This document shows, one piece after another, positions 51,732 to 64,000 of a DNA stretch of 64,000 bases. This DNA comes from Eledone cirrhosa (taxonomy: Eukaryota), in NCBI GenBank assembly GCA_964016885.1, contig OZ024757.1, positions 4,526,001 through 4,590,000 of the forward strand. Reading direction: 5' to 3'. The position numbers and the translations under genes are program-made. The notes beneath the pieces are model-generated. The model was not told where the DNA came from and made no database searches. It saw only the letters and a list, made by a program, of their open reading frames with translations. Each line of letters starts with the position of its first letter. Within the stretch, counting starts at the first letter, position 1.

Positions 51732-52051
51732 GGTGGTGAATTGGCAGAGTCATTAGAACAGCAGATAGAATGCTCTGCAGTATTTATTTCGGCTTTTTGC
51801 TATCTGAGTTCAAATCCTGCTCAGGTCAACTTTGTCTTTCATCCTTTCGAGATCAATAAAACATGTACCAGTCTAATACTGGGGTCAATTCTACCTCTAT
51901 ATCTCTTCCTAACTTCCATTGTCTCATTCTCCGGAAGAAATCTGTAGTGTTCAGACCTAGAGAGGTTTGGGCTGTGCCAGATTTAAAAATGCCCTAGAAA
52001 TGCTGTATGTTTATATGGCGCGCCTATTACTCTCTCAGGACTTACGGGAGC
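51732..52051 (+). mobile_element. Second, more diverged copy of the SINE2-plus-extension composite
   Basis: Collinear with 47648-47955 (ctctatatctct..ggaagaaatct..gccctagaaa..caggacttacggg). Confidence 0.6.
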
Positions 52052-52902
52052 ATGTATGCATGATATACAGAGCAATGGGCCATGCACCACCATACTTTCT
52101 CAGTGCTGGCAAGTTGGCTAAGAAGAGAAGATGACGGACATGATGAGAAAGGTCGGCATGAAGAAGCCTGTTAGTGAGACCAATGATGGATTAGAGTAGC
52201 TGTGCTACTATCTCAGTGGAGTGTGGAGAAATACAGTCTCTGATGTGGTCGGGTCGAAGGCCAACCACTCCATCACTGCTGCACCCTGAAGAGGATGCAT
52301 GCCACATCCCCTTCAGACAAGGACAAGGCAGCAACACTTTCAATGATCTGGAAGTCCCTGATTTCAGCTGATGAGTCCTGTTGCTTAAGAGAGAGAGTAG
52401 CCAGGAATTCCAGTGAGGCTGGAGTAGTGCATCACTCAAGGCCAACACACGCACAACAGCAGAAACATCACCCTTGATTAGTTTTTGATTGATTCGGCCA
52501 CAGAAACACTTTACACAGTCGCAAGGGGAATGTATGCATAATGTTGCCATAGATGGGTAGGGTGGCCAAAACAGAGCTGATTAGTGAGAGGTGGGCGAAG
52601 AAAACGTCACCTCTGAGGGGACGGAGCCCTCCTCTGTCATCAGGATCTCCAGTACGAGCAGCACAAAACTTCTATAGTGTGTTCCCTGGTGTGGGGGAGC
52701 CCATGCACAAGCCAAATCATAGTCCTCGCAGACAGATTGGAGAAAACATTGCCCTGGAGCTTACCTTTACTTTAAACAAGATCTATTGTCAATAATAACC
52801 GATCTACCTCAATATATAAACAACAGTTTCCTTATTCACAGTTATATAAATAACATCACAATTGTTTATAATTCTTAAAGAATGAAAATATAAACAGATT
52901 AA

Positions 52903-55900
52903 TAAATACAATTACTGCTAGGACACTTGCAGATATAAGACAGATATAATACAGTTACTGCTAGGACACTTGTAGATATAATACAATTACTGCTAGGACA
53001 CTTGTAGATATAATACAATTACTGTTAGGACACTTGCAGATATAATACAGATATAATACAGTTACTGCTAGGACACTTGTAGATATAATACAGATATAAT
53101 ACAGTTACTGCTAGGACATTTGTAGATATAATCCAGTTACTGCTAGGACACTTGCAGATATAATACAGATATAATACAGTTACTGCTAGGACACTTGTAG
53201 ATATAATACAGTTACTGCTAGGACACTTGTAGATATAATACAGTTACGGCTACGACACTTGTAAATATAATACAGATATAATACAGTTACTGCTAGGACA
53301 CTTGTAGATATAATACAGATATAATACAGTTACTGCTAGGACACTTGTAGATATAATACAGATATAATACAGTTACTGCCAGGAGACTTGTAGATATAAT
53401 ACAGATATAATACAGTTACTGCTAGGACACTTGTAGGTATAATACAGATATAATACAGTTACTGCTAGGACACTTGTAGATATAATACAGTTACTGCTAG
53501 GATACTTGTAGATATAATACAGATATAATACAGTTACTGCTAGGACACTTGTAGATATAATACAGATATAATACAGTTACTGCTAGGACACTTGTAGGTA
53601 TAATACAGATATAATACAGTTACTGCTAGGACACTTGTAGATATAATACAGATATAATACAGATATAATACAGTTACTGCTAGGACACTTGTAGATATAA
53701 TACAAATATAATACAGTTACTGCTAGGACACTTGTAGATATAATACAGTTACTGCTAGGACACTTGTAGATATAATACAGTTACTGCTAGGACACTTGTA
53801 GATATAATACAGATATAATACAGTTACTGCTAGAACACTTGTAGATATAATACAGTTACTGCTAGGACACTTGTAGATATAATACAGATATAATACAGTT
53901 ACTGCTAGAACACTTGTAGATATAATACAGATATAATACAGTTACGGCTAGGACACTTGTAGATATAATACAAATATAATACAATTACTGCTAGGACACT
54001 TGTAGATATAATACAGTTACTGCTAGGACACTTGTAGATATAATACAGATATAATACAGTTACTGCTAGGACACTTGTAGATATAATACAGATATAATAC
54101 AGTTACTGCTAGGCCACTTGTAGATATAATACAGTTACTGCTAGGACACTTGTAGATATAATACAGTTACTGCTAGGACACTTGCAGATATAATACAAAT
54201 ATAATACAGTTACTGCATGGACACTTGTAGATATAATACAATTATTGTTAGGACACTTGCAGATATAATACAATTATTGTTAGGACACTTGCAGATATAA
54301 TACAGATATAATACAGTTACTGCTAGGACACTTGTAGATATAATACAGATATAATACAGATATAATACAGTTACTGCTAGGACACTTGTAGATATAATAC
54401 AGATATAATACAGTTACTGCTAAGACACTTGTAGATATAATACAGATATAATACAGTTACTGCTAGGACACTTGTAGATATAATACAGATATAATACAGT
54501 TACTGCTAGGACACTTGTAGATATAATACAGATATAATACAGTTACTGCCAGGAGACTTGTAGATATAATACAGATATAATACAGTTACTGCTAGGACAC
54601 TTGTAGGTATAATACAGATATAATACAGTTACTGCTAGGACACTTGTAGATATAATACAGTTACTGCTAGGATACTTGTAGATATAATACAGATATAATA
54701 CAGTTACTGCTAGGACACTTGTAGATATAATACAGATATAATACAGTTACTGCTAGGACACTTGTAGGTATAATACAGATATAATACAGTTACTGCTAGG
54801 ACACTTGTAGATATAATACAGATATAATACAGATATAATACAGTTACTGCTAGGACACTTGTAGATATAATACAAATATAATACAGTTACTGCTAGGACA
54901 CTTGTAGATATAATACAGTTACTGCTAGGACACTTGTAGATATAATACAGTTACTGCTAGGACACTTGTAGATATAATACAGATATAATACAGTTACTGC
55001 TAGAACACTTGTAGATATAATACAGTTACTGCTAGGACACTTGTAGATATAATACAGATATAATACAGTTACTGCTAGAACACTTGTAGATATAATACAG
55101 ATATAATACAGTTACGGCTAGGACACTTGTAGATATAATACAAATATAATACAATTACTGCTAGGACACTTGTAGATATAATACAGTTACTGCTAGGACA
55201 CTTGTAGATATAATACAGATATAATACAGTTACTGCTAGGACACTTGTAGATATAATACAGATATAATACAGTTACTGCTAGGCCACTTGTAGATATAAT
55301 ACAGTTACTGCTAGGACACTTGTAGATATAATACAGTTACTGCTAGGACACTTGCAGATATAATACAAATATAATACAGTTACTGCTAGGACACTTGTAG
55401 ATATAATACAATTATTGTTAGGACACTTGCAGATATAATACAATTATTGTTAGGACACTTGCAGATATAATACAGATATAATACAGTTACTGCTAGGACA
55501 CTTGTAGATATAATACAGATATAATACAGATATAATACAGTTACTGCTAGGACACTTGTAGATATAATACAGATATAATACAGTTACTGCTAAGACACTT
55601 GTAGATATAATACAGATATAATACAGTTACTGCTAGGACACTTGTAGATATAATACAGATATAATACAATTACTGCTAGGACACTTGTAGATATAATACA
55701 AATATAATACAGTTACTGCCAGAACACTTGTAGATATAATACAGTTACTGTTAGGACACTTGCAGATATAATAGAGATATAATACAGTTACTGCTAGGAC
55801 ACTTGTAGATATAATACAAATATAATACAGTTACTGCTATGACACTTGTAGATATAATACAGTTACTGCTAGGACACTTGTAGATATAATACAGTTACTG

Positions 55901-58900
55901 CTAGGACACTTGTAGATATCATACAGATATAATACAGTTACTGCTAGGACACTTGTAGATATCATACAGATATAAAACAGTTACTGCTAGGACACTTGTA
56001 GATATAATACAGATATAATACAGTTACTGCTAGAACACTTGTAGATATAATACAGATATAATACAGTTACTGCTAGGACACTTGTAGATATAATACAGTT
56101 ACTGCTAGGACACTTGTAGATATAATACAGATATAATACAGTTACTGCTAGGACACTTGTAGATATAATACAGATATAATACAGTTACTGCTAGAACAGT
56201 TGTAGATATAATACAGATATAATACAGTTACGGCTAGGACACTTGTAGATATAATACAAATATAATACAATTACTGCTAGGACACTTGTAGATATAATAC
56301 AGATATAATACAGTTATTGCTAGGACACTTGTAGATATAATACAGATATAATACAGTTACTGCTAGACCACTTGTAGATATAATACAGTTACTGCTAGGA
56401 CACTTGTAGATATAATACAGTTACTGCTAGGACACTTGCAGATATAATACAAATATAATACAGTTACTGCTAGGACACTTGTAGATATAATACAATTATT
56501 GTTAGGACACTTGCAGATATAATACAGATATAATACAGTTACTGCTAGGACACTTGTAGATATAATACAGATATAATACAGTTACTGCTAGGACACTTGT
56601 AGATATAATACAGATATAATACAGTTACTGCTAAGACACTTGTAGATATAATACAGATATAATACAGTTACTGCTAGGACACTTGTAGATATAATACAGA
56701 TATAATACAATTACTGCTAGGACACTTGTAGATATAATACAAATATAATACAGTTACTGCTAGAACACTTGTAGATATAATACAGTTACTGCTAGGACAC
56801 TTGTAGATATAATACAGATATAATACAGTTACTGCTAGGACACTTGTAGATATAATACAGATATAATACAGTTACTGCTAGGCCACTTGTAGATATAATA
56901 CAATTACTGCTAGGACACTTGCAGATATAATACAAATATAATACAGTTACTGCTAGGACACTTGTAGATATAATACAATTATTGTTAGGACACTTGCAGA
57001 TATAATACAGATATAATACAGTTACTGCTAGGACACTTGTAGATATAATACAGATATAATACAGTTACTGCTAGGACACTTGTAGATATAATACAGATAT
57101 AATACAGTTACTGCTAGGACACTTGTAGATATAATACAGATATAAGACAGTTACTGCTAAGAAACTTGTAGATATAATACAGATATAATACAGTTACGGC
57201 TAGGACACTTGTAGATATAAAACAAATATAATACAATTACTGCTAGGACACTTGTAGATATAATACAGTTACTGCTAGGACACTTGTAGATATAATACAG
57301 ATATAATACAGTTACTGCTAGGACACTTGTAGATATAATACAGATATAATACAGTTACTGCTAGGCCACTTGTAGATATAATACAGTTACTGCTAGGACA
57401 CTTGTAGATATAATACAGTTACTGCTAGGACACTTGCAGATATAATACAAATATAATACAGTTACTGCTAGGACACTTGTAGATATAATACAATTATTGT
57501 TAGGACACTTGCAGTTATAATACAGATATAATACAGTTACTGCTAGGACACTTGTAGATATAATACAGATATAATACAGTTACTGCTAGGACACTGGTAG
57601 ATATAATACAGATATAATACAGTTACTGCTAAGACACTTGTAGATATAATACAGATATAATACAGTTACTGCTAGGACACTTGTAGATATAATACAGATA
57701 TAATACAATTACTGCTAGGACACTTGTAGATATAATACAAATATAATACAGTTACTGCTAGAACACTTGTAGATATAATACAGTTACTGTTAGGACACTT
57801 GCAGATATAATACAGATATAATACAGTTACTGCTAAGACACTTGTAGATATAATACAAATATAATACAGTTACTGCTAGGACACTTGTAGATATAATACA
57901 GTTACTGCTAGGACACTTGTAGATATAATACAGTTACTGCTAGGACACTTGTAGATATAATACAGATATAATACAGTTACTGCTAGAACATTTGTAGATA
58001 TCATACAGATATAATACAGTTACTGCTAGGACACTTACAGATATAATACAGTTACTGCTAGAACACTTGTAGATATAATACAGATATAATACAGTTACTG
58101 CTAGGACACTTGTAGACATAATACAGATATAATACAGTTACTGCTAGGACATTGTAGATATAATACAGTTACTGCTAGGACACTTGTAGATATAATACAG
58201 ATATAATACAGTTACTGCTAGAACACTTGTAGATATAATACAGATATAATACAGTTACGGCTAGGACACTTGTAGATATAATACAAATATAATACAATTA
58301 CTGCTAGGACACTTGTAGATATAATACAGATATAATACAGTTATTGCTAGGACACTTGTAGATATAATACAGATACAATACAGTTACTGCTAAGACACTT
58401 GTAGATATAATACAGATATAATACAGTTACTGCTAGGACACTTGTAGATATAATACAGATATAATACAATTACTGCTAGGACACTTGTAGATATAATACA
58501 AATATAATACAGTTACTGCTAGAACACTTGTAGATATAATACAGTTACTGTTAGGACACTTGCAGATATAATACAGATATAATACAGTTACTGCTAGGAC
58601 ACTTGTAGATATAATACAAATATAATACAGTTACTGCTAGGACACTTGTAGATATAATACAGTTACTGCTAGGACACTTGTAGATATAATACAGATATAA
58701 TACAGTTACTGCTAGAACACTTGTAGATATCATACAGATATAATACAGTTACTGCTAGGACACTTGTAGATATAATACAGATATAATACAGTTACTGCTA
58801 GAACACTTGTAGATATAATACAGATATAATACAGTTACTGCTAGGACACTTGTAGATATAATACAGATATAATACAGTTACTGCTAGGACACTTGTAGTT

Positions 58901-61900
58901 ATAATACAGATATAATACAGTTACTGCTAGGACACTTGTAGATATAATACAGATATAATACAGTTACTGCTAGAACACTTGTAGATATAATACAGATATA
59001 ATACAGTTACGGCTAGGAGACTTGTAGATATAATACAAATATAATACAATTACTGCTAGGTCACTTGTAGATATAATACAGATATAATACAGTTATTGCT
59101 AGGACACTTGTAGATATAATACAGATATAATACAGTTACTGCTAGGCCACTTGTAGATATAATACAGTTACTGCTAGGACACTTGTAGATATTATACAGT
59201 TACTGCTAGGACACTTGCAGATATAATACAAATATAATACAGTTACTGCTAGGACACTTGTAGATATAATACAATTATTGTTAGGACACTTGCAGATATA
59301 ATACAGATATAATACAGTTACTGCTAGGACACTTGTAGATATAATACAGATATAATACAGTTACTGCTAGGACACTTGTAGATATAATACAGGTATAATA
59401 CAGTTACTGCTAGAACACTTGTAGATATAATACAGATATAATACAGTTACTGCTAGGACACTTGTAGATATAATACAGTTACTGCTAGAACACTTGTAGA
59501 TATAATACAGTTACTGCTAGGACACTTGTAGATATAATACAGATATAATACAGTTACTGCTAGAACACTTGTAGATATAATACAGTTACTGCTAGGACAC
59601 TTGTAGATATAATACTATTACTGCTAGGACACTTGTAGAATATAATACAGTTACTGCTAGGACACTTGTAGATATAATACAGATATAATACAGTTACTGC
59701 TAGGACACTTGTAGATATAATACAGATATAATACAGTTACTGCTAGAACACTTGTAGATATAATACAGTTACTGCTAGGACACCTGTAGTTATAATACAG
59801 ATATAATACAGTTACTGCTAAGACACTTGTAGATATAATACAGTTACTGCTAGGACACTTGTAGATATAATACAGTTACTGCTAGGACACTTGTAGATAT
59901 GATACAGATATAATACAGTTACTGCTAGGACACATGTAGATATAATACAGTTACTGCTAGGACACTTGTAGATATAATACAGATATAATACAGTTACTGC
60001 TAGGACACATCTAGATATAATACAGTTACTGCTAGGACACTTGTAGACATAATACAGATATAACACAGTTACTGCTAGGACACTTGTAGATATAATACAG
60101 ATATAATACAATTACTGCGAGGACACTTGTAGATATAATACAGATATAATAGAGTTACTGCTTGGACACTTGTAGATATAATACATATATAATACAGTTA
60201 CTGCTAGGAGACTTGTAGAGATAGTACATATAATACAGTTACTGCTAGAACACTTATAGATATAATAGAGTTACTGCTAGGACACTTGGAGACATAATAC
60301 AGATATAATAGAGTTATTGCTAGGACACTTGTAGACATAATACATATATAATAGAGTTATTGCTAGGACACTTGTAGATATAATACAGTTACTGCTAGGA
60401 CACTTGTAGATATAATACAGATATAATACAATTACTGCTAGGACACTTGTAGATATAATACAGATATAATACAGTTACTGCTAGGACACTTGTAGATATA
60501 ATACTGTTACTGCTAGGACACTTGTAGATATAATACACATATAAAACAGTTACTGCTAGGACACTTGTAGATATAATACAGATATAATACAGTTACTGCT
60601 AGGACACTTGTAGATATAATGCAGATATAATACAGATATAATAAAGTTACTGCTAGGACACTTGTAGATATAATACAAATATAATACAGTTACTGCTAGG
60701 ACACTTGTAGATATAATACAGTTACTGCTACGACAGTTGTAGATATAATACAGTTACTGCTAGGATACTTGTAGATATAATATAGATATAATACAGTTAC
60801 TGCTAGAACACTTGTAGATATAATACAGTTACTGCTAGGACACTTGTAGATATAATACAGATATAATACAGATATAATACAGTTACTGCTAGAACACTTG
60901 TAGATATAATACAGATATAATACAGTTACGGCTAGGACACTTGTAGATATAATACAAATATAATACAATTACTGCTAGGACACTTGTAGATATAATACAG
61001 TTACTGTTAGGACACTTGGAGATATAATACAGATATAATACAGTTACTGCTAGGACACTTATAGGTATAATACAGATATAATACAGTTACTGTTAGGACA
61101 CTTGGAGATATAATACAGATATAATACAATTACTGCTAGGACACTTGTAGATATAATACAAATATAATACAGTTACTGCTAGAACACTTGTAGATATAAT
61201 ACAGATATAATACAATTACGGTTAGGACACTTGTAGATATAATACAATTACTGGTAGGACAATTGTAGATATAATACATATATAATACAGTTACTGCTAG
61301 GACACTTGTAGATATAATACAATTACTGCTAGGACAATTGTAGATATAATACAATTACTGTTAGGACACTTGCAGATATAATACATATATAATACAGTTA
61401 CTGCTAGGACACTTGTAGATATAATACAAATATAATACAGTTACTGCTAGAACACTTACAGATATAATACAGTTACTGTTAGGACACTTGTAGATATAAT
61501 ACAATTACTGGTAGGACACTTGCAGATATAATACAGATATAATACAGTTACTGCTAGGACACTTGTAGATATAATACAATTACTGCTAGGACACTTGTAG
61601 ATATAATACAATTACTGTTAGGACACTTGCAGATATAATACATATATAATACAGTTACTTCTAGGACACTTGTAGATATAATACAATTACTGCTAGGACA
61701 CTTGTAGATATAATACAATTATGGTTAGGACACTTGTAGATATAATACAGATATAATACAATTACTGGTAGGACACTTGCAGATATAATACAGATATAAT
61801 ACAATTACTGTTAGGACACTTGCAGATATAATACATATATAATACAATTACTGCTAGGACACTTGTAGATATAATACAATTACTGTTAGGACACTTGCAG

Positions 61901-64000
61901 ATATAATACATATATAATACAGTTACTGCTAGGACACTTGTAGATATAATACAATTACTGCTAGGACACTTGTAGATATAATACAATTACGGTTAGGACA
62001 CTTGTAGATATAATACATATATAATACAGTTACTGCTAGGACACTTGTAGATATAATACAATTACTGCTAGGACACTTGTAGATATAATACAATTACGGT
62101 TAGGACACTTGTAGATATAATACAGATATAATACAATTACTGGTAGGACACTTGCAGATATAATACAGATATAATACAGTTACTGCTAGGACACTAATAG
62201 ATATAATACAATTACTGCTAGGACACTTGTAGATATAATACAATTACTGCTAGGACACTTGTAGATATAATACAATTACTGTTAGGATACTTGCAGATAT
62301 AATACAGATAAAATACAGTTACTGCTAGGACACTTTTAGATATAATACAGATATAATACAGTTACTGCTAGAACACTTGTAGATATAATACAGTTACTGC
62401 TAGGACACTTGTAGATATAATACAGTTACTGCTAGAACACTTGTAGATATAATACAGTTACTGCTAGAACACTTGTAGATATAATACAGTTACTGCTAGG
62501 ACACTTGTAGTTATAATACAGATATAATACAGTTACTGCTAAGACACTTGTAGATATAATACAGTTACTGCTAGGACACTTGTAGATATAATACAGTTAC
62601 TGCTAGGACACTTGTAGATATGATACAGATATAATACAGTTACTGCTAGGACACATGTAGATATAATACAGTTACTGCTAGGACACTTGTAGATATAATA
62701 CAGATATAATACAGTTACTGCTAGGACACATCTAGATATAATACAGTTACTGCTAGGACACTTGTAGACATAATACAGGTATAATACAGTTACTGCTAGG
62801 ACACTTGTAGATATAATACAGATATAATACAGTTACTGCTAGGACACTTGTAGATATAATACAGATATAATACAGATATAATACAGTTACTGCTAGGACA
62901 CTTGTAGATATAATACAAATATAATACAGTTACTGCTAGGACACTTGTAGATATAATACAGTTACTGCTAGGACACTTGTAGATATAATACAGTTACTGC
63001 TAGGACACTTGTAGATATAATATAGATATAATACAGTTACTGCTAGAACACTTGTAGATATAATACAGTTACTGCTAGGACACTTGTAGATATAATACAA
63101 ATATAATACAGTTACTGCTAGAACACTTGTAGATATAATACAGATATAATACAGTTACGGCTAGGACACTTGTAGATATAATACATATATAATACAATTA
63201 CTGCTAGGACACTTGTAGATATAATACAGTTACTGCTAGGACACTTGTAGATATAATACAGATATAATACAGTTACTGATAGGACACTTATAGATATAAT
63301 ACAGATATAATACAGTTACTGCTAGGCCACTTGTAGATATAATACAGTTACTGCTAGGACACTTGCAGATATAATACAGATATAATACAGTTACTGCTAG
63401 GACACTTGTAGATATAATACAGATATAATACAGTTACTGCTAGGACACTTGTAGATATAATACAGTTACTGCTAGGACACTTGTAGATATAATACAGATA
63501 TAATACAGTTACTGCTAAGACACTTGTAGATATAATACAGATATAATACAGTTACTGCTAGGACACTTGTAGATATCATACAGATATAATACAATTACTG
63601 CTAGGACACTTGTAGATATAATACAAATATAATACAGTTACTGCTAGAACACTTGTAGATATAATACAGTTACTGTTAGGACACTTGCAGATATAATACA
63701 GATATAATACAGTTACTGCTAGGACACTTGTAGATATAATACAGATATAATACAGTTACTGCTAGGCCACTTGTAGATATAATACAATTACTGCTAGGAC
63801 ACTTGCAGATATAATACAAATATAATACAGTTACTGCTAGGACACTTGTAGATATAATACAATTATTGTTAGGACACTTGCAGATATAATACAGATATAA
63901 TACAGTTACTGCTAGGACACTTGTAGATATAATACAGATATAATACAGTTACTGCTAGGACACTTGTAGATATAATACAGATATAATACAGTTACTGCTA
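52903..64000. repeat. Satellite D: 32 bp unit GATATAATACAGTTACTGCTAGGACACTTGTA with optional 11 bp GATATAATACA sub-repeats (32/43/54 bp)
   Basis: More than 11 kb tandem array running to the window end. The ORFs here are repeat translations. Confidence 0.98.

Noticed and set aside
52280-52650. CTGAAGA/CTGATGA words near 52286(+), 52368(+) and 52640(-)
   Set aside because: No correctly placed GAAA, stem III or UH follows any of them.
52040-52900. Candidate location of the upstream RTN4IP1 exon (AAG|gtaagc near 52760)
   Set aside because: No frame resembles the expected ...VHAASVNPID... peptide. The exon probably lies beyond the window.
58551-61986. Cys/Tyr-rich ORFs in satellite D
   Set aside because: They are translations of the 32/43 bp repeat.

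Overview
Eukaryotic, repeat-dense genomic DNA, probably from an octopus or other coleoid cephalopod (inferred from the CORE-SINE/RTE tails and (TA)n landscape). The whole window lies inside one minus-strand host gene that the ORF track misses: RTN4IP1, a mitochondrial NADPH:quinone oxidoreductase of the MDR family. Four GT-AG exons are visible (51516-51670, 49535-49603, 16108-16232, 15329-15377) and splice in frame. The introns hold four unrelated satellites (about 34, 62, 56 and 32/43 bp units), five RTE-clade LINE copies whose RT contains a PHD-type finger, three distinct Penelope-like elements (PLEs), two SINE families, a MITE and long (TA)n/(TATACA)n tracts. The most striking signal is a cluster of type I hammerhead ribozymes in the 33 kb intron: seven with complete cores and several degenerate. 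They sit in PLE termini or in small non-coding units wedged between (TA)n tracts, often with inverted or direct terminal duplications. Two unrelated ones carry a compensatory U3-A8 core (TTGATAA). Three are on the host pre-mRNA strand. All structures were read by eye and no folding or database search was run.
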